In this document: piece by piece, positions 21,277 through 30,727 of the stretch
How the letters are laid out: each line of letters begins with the position of its first letter
How positions within the stretch are numbered: position 1 is the stretch's first letter
NCBI GenBank assembly: GCA_963663765.2
Contig: CAXXUA010000006.1
Span: 288,001 to 352,000 of the forward strand
Origin: Candidatus Poribacteria bacterium
Lineage (GTDB): Bacteria > Poribacteria > WGA-4E > WGA-3G
Length of the DNA stretch: 64,000 nucleotides
Direction of reading: 5' to 3'
Notes under the pieces: generated by a model
What the model saw: the letters and a program-made list of their open reading frames with translations, nothing else
The model's database searches: none
Told to the model about the DNA's origin: nothing
Position numbers and translations under genes: made by a program

Positions 21277-22080
21277 ATGAGAAACTCACCAAGACCAGAC
21301 CAAAGAAGAACTTTTCAAGGTCCAGGTAGTCCAAGTACCCCACGTTCTGAAAGAAGACATCATCGGGAAGAACAGCATCGAGGTCAAGGGAGACATAGAC
21401 CCCAACGACCAACCAGAGAAGATAGAACCCAACGACCATCCAGAGAAGATAGACTCCAACGGTCACCCAGAGAAGATAGACCCAAACGACCATCCAGATT
21501 AAAAAGAAATCAGTCAAATCCTGAAATGCAAGGACAGGGTCCACCCCCACACGTAAGGGGTAATCGACAGAACCGTCCGAAAGAAGACCGAGAAAATAGG
21601 CGACGACGTCAGCATAAGCGAGCACATCATTCAAACTTCGGTTCACAGAATCCGATGAGACTACCGATGCAACGTAACAGTCGGATGAGGCACTTTTTTG
21701 ACAGAGGATTTACGGACGGTAAGCGAAACCCGAAAAGAGGTAGATCCAGATGGAATCCACCTGTTGAGTTTTCAGTTTATGAAGATAGATTTGAAGTGAA
21801 AGTTGAACTCCCAGGTGTTAAGCAAGAAAAAATCAAGGTTTCTACGACTGACAAGGTTCTGATAGTTAGAGGCGAAAAAAAGCGTGGAGAATCGGACGAA
21901 AAAAGGAAGGTCATGCATTCTGATCTCAGATATGGAAAATTTAGACGAATTTTACCACTTCCACCTCATGCTAATACAGATGGAATCAACGCTAAATTCA
22001 AGGATGGAGTATTAACTATTGTGATTTCAAAAACTGAAGATGCTAAACCAAAGGAAGTCCCTATTAATACTGACGACTAA
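21277..22080 (+). CDS. Hsp20 with long Arg/Pro/Gln-rich N-terminal extension
   Basis: C-terminal alpha-crystallin domain (WNPPVEF, VELPGV, YGKFRRILPLP, FKDGVLTI); low-complexity N-terminus. Confidence 0.85.
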   Translation: MRNSPRPDQRRTFQGPGSPSTPRSERRHHREEQHRGQGRHRPQRPTREDRTQRPSREDRLQRSPREDRPKRPSRLKRNQSNPEMQGQGPPPHVRGNRQNRPKEDRENRRRRQHKRAHHSNFGSQNPMRLPMQRNSRMRHFFDRGFTDGKRNPKRGRSRWNPPVEFSVYEDRFEVKVELPGVKQEKIKVSTTDKVLIVRGEKKRGESDEKRKVMHSDLRYGKFRRILPLPPHANTDGINAKFKDGVLTIVISKTEDAKPKEVPINTDD

Positions 22081-22125
22081 AGTAGAAATGCTTTGTTTGG
22101 ACGTTGATAAGAGGCTTATATTGAA

Positions 22126-22160
22126 GGTTAGTGCTGATAGACACTAACCTGTTTCTTTTT
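22126..22160. terminator. Intrinsic terminator
   Basis: AGGTTAGTG ... CACTAACCT followed by GTTTCTTTTT. Confidence 0.55.
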
Positions 22161-22163
22161 AAG

Positions 22164-22826
22164 CTAATTGCTGTTTTCCTTATCCTTTAGAATACCTGTA
22201 TAGACAAGTGCAGCAAGGACTGCACCTATACATGGACCGACAATATAGAGCCAGATGTTTCCCCACTGAGCATACTCTGCCCCAGCAAACATTGCAGGTC
22301 CTAAAGTCCGTGCAGGATTGAGCGATGCACGTGTCAATGGTCCTCCCATGAGTATACAAAATACAAGGGTTGAACCGATTGCAATCCCAGAAAAGTTTCC
22401 TGCTTTCCCACTTACCGCAGTGTTAAATATTGCATTTACGAGGAAAAATGTTAATATTATTTCAACGAAGAATCCTTGTGTTACGGTGACATTTTCTGCT
22501 AAGATTGTTACCCCTAAATCACCATACACTGGTAGGAGTCCTTTTAGCATCCTTGCTGCAAATATTGCACCAGCAAACTGAAAAAACCAATATCCCATTG
22601 CTGTAGAAAATCGGATCTCTCTTGCTATGAGAAAACCCAAAGTTACAGCCGGATTTATATGTGCTCCTGAGATGTGTCCAAACGCATAAATGACGCCGAC
22701 AACAACTAATCCGTGCGCAAGAGCAACTTCTAACAAAGCATCTTGATTGATTGCTAACGCACCAGCACCAATAAAAATAAGGGCGTAAGTACCTATAAAT
22801 TCTACAACTAATTTTCGTAAAACCAT
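22164..22826 (-). CDS. Aquaporin (MIP family)
   Basis: HISGAHINPAVT and SLNPARTLGPA (two NPA motifs); hydrophobic helices. Confidence 0.95.
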   Translation of the reverse strand: MVLRKLVVEFIGTYALIFIGAGALAINQDALLEVALAHGLVVVGVIYAFGHISGAHINPAVTLGFLIAREIRFSTAMGYWFFQFAGAIFAARMLKGLLPVYGDLGVTILAENVTVTQGFFVEIILTFFLVNAIFNTAVSGKAGNFSGIAIGSTLVFCILMGGPLTRASLNPARTLGPAMFAGAEYAQWGNIWLYIVGPCIGAVLAALVYTGILKDKENSN

Positions 22827-22882
22827 AAAATGTATTTTTTTCTAATCATATTCTTTTGTTTAGTCATCACAGACTTTTAGCA

Positions 22883-24241
22883 CTAAAGTGGCCATCTATT
22901 TTGGAATTGTGCAACCATAGCATCAGGACCACCGTGCTGCCCTAAAAAGTGCAAAAAGGCTTGATAGAGTCGGCGTGCTTCGTCTGTGTCTGAGTCGAAC
23001 CGATTATGGTTCTGTTCTGGATCAGTTGTTAGATGGAATAAACTTTTTGGTGCGCCTTTGTTTTCTAACAATAATGACCATTCACCATCAGTGACGTTAC
23101 CGTGTGGACTTCCGCCATCAGGACTCCAACCACCACCCCAAGCACCGTGAGAGACAGCATACTCACTACCTTTATCGGTGTCTCCGACGATTATGGGTAG
23201 GAGACTGTTCCCTTCAACCTGCTTACCGCGTTCAGCGCCAAATGCTTCAATCACGGTGGGTGGAATGTCAATAATACTTACCAGTGCATCAGTTTGTCTT
23301 GGTGCGACATCTGGATGATATATTAAGAGAGGAATATGGATTATCTCCTCATACATACTCAGGTTTTTCGCAATGAGATCGTGTTCTCCCAACAGAAATC
23401 CGTGATCAGCCATGAAAACAATCATCGTGTTTTCCATCAATCCCATATAGTCTATTTTTCTCAAAAGATGTCCAATCCATTTGTCAACAAGGCATGCTTC
23501 AGCACGGTAGAGTGCATTGAGACGTTGAGTTGTTCGTTCATCCATCTGATTTGGACCATAAGTAGGATAGATGGGTTCTGGACCGTCGTAATCATCAGGA
23601 TCAAATCGTCTGATGTGCCAATCTGGTACATCCCAAGGTTCGTGTGGGTCAAAGGTATCCACCATCAGATAGAAATTCTTATGCTGATAGTTGCGTTCAA
23701 GCCAATCGCATGCGGTTTGCATTGTTTGTGCAACAAAGGTATCACCCTCATTCTGTCGAAAATCTGAATTTTTGAGATGGTTAACGAGGCCTGGTGGTAA
23801 TCTGTTCGGATTAGGACGTGTGTGTTCTCTATAACGTAACACTTCTTCTGTATCAAAATCGTAAGGATGTGTTTCATACAGGTCGGATTCCTGTCCTCGG
23901 ATCCAGTTCCAACCTGTAAACCCTCTGTTATAGAAGAAGCCGTTATTGAGATGGTGTGGTGTATCTGCTATCATCATGCTAACAACACCTGCTTTTGTTA
24001 GATTGTTTGCTATGACAGGGACGTTGCGAGGTAAGGGTTCCCAGCCGCGCCGACAGATCCCTACTTCCCCAGTGACCAAATCTCCGCGAATCGGGACGGT
24101 TGGGAAGCTGCAGATGTATGCCTTGTTAAAGACAACACTCTTTTCTGCAAAGGCATTGAGTGCAGGACAATAACCCTTACCCCCAAATACCTCTAAATTG
24201 TCTCGTCTGAATGTATCTGAAATAATGTGAATGATGTTCAT
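22883..24241 (-). CDS. Sulfatase-like hydrolase (alkaline phosphatase superfamily)
   Basis: IISDTFRRD, SFPTVPIRGDLVTG, FDPHEPWD, FMADHGFLLGEH. Confidence 0.88.
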   Translation of the reverse strand: MNIIHIISDTFRRDNLEVFGGKGYCPALNAFAEKSVVFNKAYICSFPTVPIRGDLVTGEVGICRRGWEPLPRNVPVIANNLTKAGVVSMMIADTPHHLNNGFFYNRGFTGWNWIRGQESDLYETHPYDFDTEEVLRYREHTRPNPNRLPPGLVNHLKNSDFRQNEGDTFVAQTMQTACDWLERNYQHKNFYLMVDTFDPHEPWDVPDWHIRRFDPDDYDGPEPIYPTYGPNQMDERTTQRLNALYRAEACLVDKWIGHLLRKIDYMGLMENTMIVFMADHGFLLGEHDLIAKNLSMYEEIIHIPLLIYHPDVAPRQTDALVSIIDIPPTVIEAFGAERGKQVEGNSLLPIIVGDTDKGSEYAVSHGAWGGGWSPDGGSPHGNVTDGEWSLLLENKGAPKSLFHLTTDPEQNHNRFDSDTDEARRLYQAFLHFLGQHGGPDAMVAQFQNRWPL

Positions 24242-24271
24242 AGTTTTCCTCTTTGATATTTATGTTTTAGA

Positions 24272-25672
24272 TTATACCGTATATTCGCTTTCTTGTGGTG
24301 ATATTTCCTTTTCTCTATCAGCTATTTGCACGACTGCAGGTAGTAAACCGTATATCCCCCAGAAAGGTACACCGATCGCATCACCGTTAAGCAAGTTGTT
24401 CACAACGAAATGTACCATCAATGAAATTTCTGCTGCCATGAGGCCAATAATAATTGACCGGTAAAACCCATCATCAATTCGTTTGATAGCACGAAATCCG
24501 TATATAAGAAAAGCGAGATTAAGCCATAGCCAAACGACTAAACCGATACTACCGAGTTCTGCCATAACTTGAAGGTATTCACTGTGTGCACCTAACTGAA
24601 ACTGAGCAATATAGCTGCCGACAAGCGCAACATCCTCCTCATATAGCATTCCAAATGCACCATAACCCTTTCCTAAAATTGGACTGTCAAGGAACATTGA
24701 GAACGATTGTCCCCAACGTAACAAGCGTGCTCGATTGGAAGCGTAGTCTAAATCCACCGTCGTTGAAATCCTATCCAAAACTGCACTATACACACCCGGT
24801 AAACTCAAACATATCAGTAAGATTGCACCTGCAGCCCCTACGAATAGTACCTTTTTATGTGTAAAACCTTTACCCAACTGCAACAACATGAATCCAACGG
24901 CAACAATAACTGACAACCATACCCCGCGTGAGAAACACATGGTTAGACCCACACTGAAGCATAGAAACCATCCGACCCACATGACGCGGTCATATTTTTG
25001 ATTATCAAATAGCAAGCGACTCAGACAGATTAGGAAAAAAACAGCAGTAAATGACCCGTAAACAGAATAATTCGTGAAGGGTGAACTCCTATACGCACTT
25101 GTCCACTGCCATTCGTCAATATGGTAAAACAGCACGATAACTGTCCAAATAACTGCTATTGCTGCACTTGGAAATGAAGCTATAAATAGGTGTTTCAGAC
25201 TCTGACGATGTTGGACTAAATCAAAAACGACTAAGCTGAACAGGACATAAGTAGAATACCTGATTGCACCTTTCAATGTTCCAAATAGGTCAGGTGTGTT
25301 AATTGCAGATAGGAACGTAACGAAGATAAATAAACACAGAGGCAAAAGAAATGGAAAGGTAGGCTTGTGTTGCTGTTTACCAAGTGCAAAATCCAAAATC
25401 TTCTTAAGCAAATAGACTGCACAAAGCATCCCTAACAACGGTTCGGTAGGTGTCTGTATTTCAAGTAGATTGGGTATAATATAACGAAAGGAAAACGGTA
25501 GGCAGATTAACAACAAATAAGTTGCCATATCCATACCGATAAAAACAAAGGCACCGGTTGCAGCTAATAGGCACAGAACAGTAAGCGGTGTTTCAGAAAA
25601 GTAGCCAACGATTGTCCCTAACACAATGCAAACTATAAAGGGTAAAATACGGTATGCTTGCTTAAAGGACAT
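24272..25672 (-). CDS. O-antigen ligase (Wzy_C) family membrane protein
   Basis: Multiple TM helices, FSRGVW, SNRARLLRW, PILGKGYGAF, AHSEYLQVMAELG. Confidence 0.88.
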   Translation of the reverse strand: MSFKQAYRILPFIVCIVLGTIVGYFSETPLTVLCLLAATGAFVFIGMDMATYLLLICLPFSFRYIIPNLLEIQTPTEPLLGMLCAVYLLKKILDFALGKQQHKPTFPFLLPLCLFIFVTFLSAINTPDLFGTLKGAIRYSTYVLFSLVVFDLVQHRQSLKHLFIASFPSAAIAVIWTVIVLFYHIDEWQWTSAYRSSPFTNYSVYGSFTAVFFLICLSRLLFDNQKYDRVMWVGWFLCFSVGLTMCFSRGVWLSVIVAVGFMLLQLGKGFTHKKVLFVGAAGAILLICLSLPGVYSAVLDRISTTVDLDYASNRARLLRWGQSFSMFLDSPILGKGYGAFGMLYEEDVALVGSYIAQFQLGAHSEYLQVMAELGSIGLVVWLWLNLAFLIYGFRAIKRIDDGFYRSIIIGLMAAEISLMVHFVVNNLLNGDAIGVPFWGIYGLLPAVVQIADREKEISPQESEYTV

Positions 25673-25684
25673 GCTTAATACGGA

Positions 25685-26425
25685 TTAGAACTGGGTTCTA
25701 ACTCCCATTCCAATCGCGGTTCCGTCTAAAATAATATTTAAAGGAACGGTGCCTTTAGTTTCAACGGTTTTTAAAATCCTTTTTAATTCAAAGGAGACAT
25801 AAGCGTTATTCCCTATTTTTGCTTGTGTGTTTGTCTGTGATTGCCATTGAAATAACTCAATACCTACTATAACGTAACCTGTTGAACTAATAGTACTATT
25901 TGAGAGCACGATACCTTGTTCTTTAAGTATTTCAACAACATTCCCATGAAAACTCGCTCTCAAGAAACCGAATCCGACTCCCAAATAGACAGGGATATAT
26001 TGATTTAGCAGGATGGGACGATACAAGAGTTGGTAAGACAAAGGGACAAGTGTTGTCGTTAGTGTTAAAGAGTTTTGTTCCGCGGTTTGAAGTTCTGTAC
26101 GCCAATACCCAATTTCTAACCGAGAATCAAGTTCAGGTCTGTGTTGAAAGACTGCTGAAAGTGTTGGCATAAGTGCTACAGGCGGATTTGTTACACCAAC
26201 ATTCTGAAGAAAATTAGTAAGATCACCTAACTCTGGTTTATAAGAATAGAGTGCGAATTGCAAGGATGAGTTCTGTATGTTGTGATCCCAGAAATTGTTG
26301 CCGATGGTAGATGGGTTTTTCATTTGTGCATCAGCAACATCGGCAATTGTGGGTATAGAAATGAAATAAAAAATGATTAATAGGCATATAAAATACCTAT
26401 TGTGTTGATTCATTTTATAGACCAT
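25685..26425 (-). CDS. Putative outer-membrane beta-barrel protein
   Basis: Signal peptide, amphipathic strands (YLGVGFG), C-terminal GMGVRTQF. Confidence 0.55.
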   Translation of the reverse strand: MVYKMNQHNRYFICLLIIFYFISIPTIADVADAQMKNPSTIGNNFWDHNIQNSSLQFALYSYKPELGDLTNFLQNVGVTNPPVALMPTLSAVFQHRPELDSRLEIGYWRTELQTAEQNSLTLTTTLVPLSYQLLYRPILLNQYIPVYLGVGFGFLRASFHGNVVEILKEQGIVLSNSTISSTGYVIVGIELFQWQSQTNTQAKIGNNAYVSFELKRILKTVETKGTVPLNIILDGTAIGMGVRTQF

Positions 26426-26533
26426 CTATTTCTTCTCTGTTACATTTTTATATCATAAAAAATTTAGGATGCCCGAATAAGGACATCCTAACTATAATAG
26501 ACAGAAAAATAAAGGTAATACATTAATTGAAGC

Positions 26534-27409
26534 TTACATCATTGAGCCAGTTGGGTTAAGAATGACCTCAACGCGGCGATTCATTGCTCTTCCAGCAGAG
26601 TTATTCTGCGGTGCTACCGGATCAGTATGAGCTTTTCCTACGGCTTTTATCCTTGCTGCATCTATACCTTTATCTTTCAGGTATTTCGCTGCAGCGTTTG
26701 CTCTTGATTGAGACAGATCCCAATTGCTCTTGTGTGAACCACTTAGTACTGGTGTTCCATCAGCATGTCCGACAACAAGTACTGTTGCTTCTGGATTTTC
26801 CATGATCTGTCCGACAATGCCATCCAGCATTTCCATGCCTTCTTTAGACAACCTAGTGTGGCCACTGGCAAAATTAACGGTAACCAAGAGTGTAGGTTTA
26901 TTTGCAACTTCAGCTTTGAGTTCTGAGATGTCCGCTATAATAGAGGCGATTTGTGCCATGACTTTTTTCAAATCAATGTCTTGTGTCTTCAGTGCATTTG
27001 CTAGATTCACCAAATCTTTCTTTAACTTGGCATCTTCTGCTTTTGCAAATTCGTTTGATTTGTTACCTTGAGTTTCAATATCTTTTGATAGGGCTGCTCG
27101 TAGTTTTGCGTCATTTTCTTTTGCTTTCTGGTCAGCAGCAGCGATAGTATCGGCATCTCCTTGTTGTGAAGCAGCAATAGCCTCGTCTTTTCCCTTAGAG
27201 ATTGCCTCCATCGTCGATTTGTTGTTCTGATCAACCTTTCCTTCAAGTTTAGTAATTTTTGTATTTACTTCTGTATTGGATTGGTTAATCTCCGCAACGT
27301 GTTGATTTTTCCACATTTCAAACTCTTTTTCATCTAACTTACCGCAACCTATAGCGATAATACAAATGACCAAAAGAGATGTAATGGTAAATATTCCTCT
27401 GATATTCAT
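26534..27409 (-). CDS. OmpA/MotB-domain lipoprotein with coiled-coil linker
   Basis: Lipobox IAIGC; VNFASG, VVGHAD, SNWDLSQSRA, GRAMNRRVEV. Confidence 0.88.
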   Translation of the reverse strand: MNIRGIFTITSLLVICIIAIGCGKLDEKEFEMWKNQHVAEINQSNTEVNTKITKLEGKVDQNNKSTMEAISKGKDEAIAASQQGDADTIAAADQKAKENDAKLRAALSKDIETQGNKSNEFAKAEDAKLKKDLVNLANALKTQDIDLKKVMAQIASIIADISELKAEVANKPTLLVTVNFASGHTRLSKEGMEMLDGIVGQIMENPEATVLVVGHADGTPVLSGSHKSNWDLSQSRANAAAKYLKDKGIDAARIKAVGKAHTDPVAPQNNSAGRAMNRRVEVILNPTGSMM

Positions 27410-27539
27410 GGAATTCCTCCAAAAAATTGATGGGTAAACTGAGTGTTCAAATTATTTCACAATATCTGCGTCATAATAGTTTAACACAATTTAGGATTTA
27501 ATTCAAAAAAAATTGTTTTTGTATCACTATTACATTTAG

Positions 27540-27732
27540 CAGGACTTAAGCAGTCTCAAAGAATATCGATGGATTTGAGAGTTGAAATCGCATATAATCA
27601 TCCAATAAACTTTTTTAAGTTCATAAATTGATTTGCCAATACCAGTGACTTGTTTGATCATATGATTCGGAAAGTGTAAATGTAATGATAATGAAATAGT
27701 ATAACACAAATCTATATAGTGCGTAAGTCCTG
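27540..27732. mobile_element. MITE family M6 (TIR CAGGACTTACGCA type)
   Basis: CAGGACTTAAGCA ... TGCGTAAGTCCTG with TTTAG on both sides; lone ends at 18673-18685, 35492-35504, 36956 and 37014. Confidence 0.65.
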
Positions 27733-28362
27733 TTTAGTTAACGCCCTCAAAATTTTAGTACCCTCCCAGTTTTTAGATTCCGACTAAATCCTTACCTATA
27801 CAGGCGTGAGAACGAATTTGGATTTGAAGCAAAAACTAAAATAGTAGAGTTGTAGAGTTGTAGCGTAATTTTTTGATGTAGTATTCGGTTTTTGAGGGTA
27901 GCCTCTAAAAACACAATTCTTAGGATTATCTTTTGAGCTTGGGTTAAGATTGGTGAATATATATTAACGACTTGTGCCAGTTAACCCATTGTTTTCAAAG
28001 TTTTTACATATATTAGGTTTATAATGCACACATATCGTCCCTACCAAATCAACGCCAAATGCGCCAAATCAACGGTATGAATGCCATTTAGGCATTCCCC
28101 GTATGGCATTTGTCGGGACTAAAGAGGATGTACTATGACGTTTTTCTATAAACATATCGTCCCTACCAAATCAACGCCAAATGCGCCAAATCAACGGTAT
28201 GAATGCCATTTAGGCATTCCCCGTATGGCATTTGTCGGGACTGAAGATCGTTTCAAACTATGAAGGACACCTGCAAAACGTCATGCTTATGTGAAACAAT
28301 GGTTAACATATAGTTATTTAGCACAACTCGTTATATCAGCAATCTGACAGAATAATTTATAT

Positions 28363-28540
28363 GCACAATCTGCCAGAATGTGCTACAACTACACACACAA
28401 TCTGGAAGAATGTGCTACTACTACCCGCACAATTTGGAAGAATGTGCTACAACTAACCGCACAATCTGACAGAATGTGCTACAACTAACCGCACAATCTG
28501 ACAGAATGTGCTACAACTACCCAGACAATCTGGAAGAATG
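28363..28540. repeat. 32-bp tandem repeat, about 5-6 units
   Basis: Unit GCACAATCTG(G/A)(A/C)AGAATGTGCTACAACT(A/G)(A/C)CC; shorter arrays near 5344-5457 and 6667-6717. Confidence 0.8.
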
Positions 28541-28790
28541 TCTATTATTGGCGAAGGTATTGTTAAACATGAACATCGCTTTTTAGTACCGTAGGGACGA
28601 TATGTTTATAGAAAACGAATACCCTCCCCAGTTCTTTAGTTCCGCCAAATGCCAAACGCGCATTTGGCGTTGATTTGGTAGAGACGATATGTTTATACTT
28701 CTATGTCGTTCCTACGGAACTCAATTGGGGTAGAAAGCATTTTCTATAAACATATCGTTCCTACGGAACTAAAGACATGGTCAAGATGGT

Positions 28791-29198
28791 CAATACCTTC
28801 GCCATTTTTGAGTGCTTCAGTTGAATGAGTATATAGTGTTGTTCTACCAATGCTTTGTGATATTGTTAGGATTACATAAATAAAAATAACTTCAGGTTTT
28901 CGTTGAAGTATTTTTTATTATCATAGCGTCTAATTTGACGATAGAATCTGACAGAATAATTTATATGCACAATCTGGAAGAATGTGCTACAACTGACCAC
29001 ACAATCTGGATGAAGATTAATTTATTAATCGGGTAATAAATATTTTTCAGATGGTAGGCGGGGAATGCCTAAATGGCATTCCCCGCCTACCGTGGCCGGA
29101 TTAGTAGAATTACCCAAAGTATTTTTTAATCTTCATGAAGATTGTGCGGTCAGTTGTAGCACATTCTTCCAGAATGTCTATTATTGGCGAAGGTATTG
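28791..29198. mobile_element. MITE family M7 (TIR CAATACCTTCGCCA) inserted in an M1 copy, containing M8 (29011-29135)
   Basis: CAATACCTTCGCCA / TGGCGAAGGTATTG; GATGGT/GATGGC flanks; near-identical left part repeated from 38381. Confidence 0.75.
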
Positions 29199-29283
29199 GA
29201 TGGCATTACATAATATTAACGACATAGCAAAATACTATCAAAAATATTGAAAACTGAATAATCCTGCTGTTCATAGAAAATTG

Positions 29284-29312
29284 TTGACAATAAATATCAA
29301 CTTTTATACAAT
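29284..29312 (+). promoter_or_regulatory. Sigma70-type promoter
   Basis: TTGACA-17 bp-TACAAT upstream of the Gfo/Idh/MocA gene. Confidence 0.6.
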
Positions 29313-29375
29313 TCCAATTATGACATGTGTAAACCCTTATTGAACGAAGGTAATATCTTCTAAGGAGGCTTTTTC

Positions 29376-30548
29376 ATGGCGGAACGAATTAAAATGGGAT
29401 TGGTCGGATGTGGAGGAATGTCCGGTGCCCACATGAATGGGTATCGTGAGTTGTGGTCAAAAGAGTTGAGAGAATATGAGATAATCGCCGCATGTGATAT
29501 TGAAAAAGGAAGAGCGGAACAACGAGCAAATCAGGCGTATGAGTTTCAAGGAGGTACAAAACCTGCAGTATATACAGACCTTGATGAGATGCTTGATAAA
29601 CATCCTGATTTAGATTGTGTTGATATATGCGCCTTGCATAGCGCGCATCATGTTCTTGCTGTACCAGCATTGGAAGCAGGGAAGCATGTTATTATTGAAA
29701 AACCGTTTGGTGTAACAATGCGTGCATGCAAACTGATGATGGAAGCGGCAGAACGTAATAATAAAATTATTTCTGTTGCTGAAAACTATCGTTTAGCGAG
29801 GATTCAACGCACCCGCAGTTGGGTGATTGCACAAGGACGTATAGGTGATCCCCGTATGTTCTTTTGGATTGAAGTGGGTGAAGCCCTGGGTAAATGGGGT
29901 TGGCGAAACTTTAAGATGGATGCTGGTGGTGGATGGGCATTAGACGGTGGTGTACATTTTACGGATTTGATGCGATATATCCTCGGTTTAGAAGCTGAAG
30001 AAGTATATGCAATCAATAAGGCTTATGAACCCTACCGTTACGATAATGCTGGTGCCCGTGAAGGTGGTTATTCAGTCGATGTTGAAGACGCAATGATAGC
30101 AACCATCAAGTTTGAACAGGGTGTAACAGCTCAATGGACTTGGGTCGGTTCTGCTCCCGCACACGGTTTTGGTCAACACACAATCTATGGAAGTGAAGGT
30201 GCTCTTGATTGGGGAAGAGGATTAATTCCTCGTGGTGGTGAAGCGATTTCTAATGACGATCTGATGAAAGAATTTACTGACAGTCTCACCGATGAGGAGA
30301 AGGAATACTACAACCCTGCTGGTATTGGTGACACAGTAGCGATTGAGTTGAAATATTTTGCGGATGCAATAAAAACTGGTGGTAAACCTGAAGTAGATGC
30401 GGTTGAAGGCATGCGTTCCGAAGCGATCTGTATGGCTGCCTATGAATCTGGTTATTGGGGTCGTCCTGTTACAATTGCAGAAATAGAAAACTGTGAACTT
30501 GAAGGATACCAAAAGGAAATTAACGATCACTTAGGAATAAGTGATTAG
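29376..30548 (+). CDS. Gfo/Idh/MocA family oxidoreductase
   Basis: GLVGCGGMS, GKHVIIEKP, VAENYR, GGGWALDGGVHFTD; AAGGAGG RBS. Confidence 0.92.
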   Translation: MAERIKMGLVGCGGMSGAHMNGYRELWSKELREYEIIAACDIEKGRAEQRANQAYEFQGGTKPAVYTDLDEMLDKHPDLDCVDICALHSAHHVLAVPALEAGKHVIIEKPFGVTMRACKLMMEAAERNNKIISVAENYRLARIQRTRSWVIAQGRIGDPRMFFWIEVGEALGKWGWRNFKMDAGGGWALDGGVHFTDLMRYILGLEAEEVYAINKAYEPYRYDNAGAREGGYSVDVEDAMIATIKFEQGVTAQWTWVGSAPAHGFGQHTIYGSEGALDWGRGLIPRGGEAISNDDLMKEFTDSLTDEEKEYYNPAGIGDTVAIELKYFADAIKTGGKPEVDAVEGMRSEAICMAAYESGYWGRPVTIAEIENCELEGYQKEINDHLGISD

Positions 30549-30727
30549 AAAAAAGAAAACAATAAGGGTGGAATATCTGTCATATTAGATTAAACCGATT
30601 TTAAACATGAATGGTTCAATTAAGCATTTTTCGGTATTAATCCTTTTATCATAAATGTTCTCACCCTTAAATTGTTTAATATAAAAATAAGAAATTCATT
30701 CTGAGTAAATTTCTCTAAACAAAAATT

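Noticed and set aside
28363-28540. CRISPR array or iterons (32-bp repeats)
   Set aside because: Head-to-tail repeats without spacers, internal to the M7 element; no rep gene nearby.
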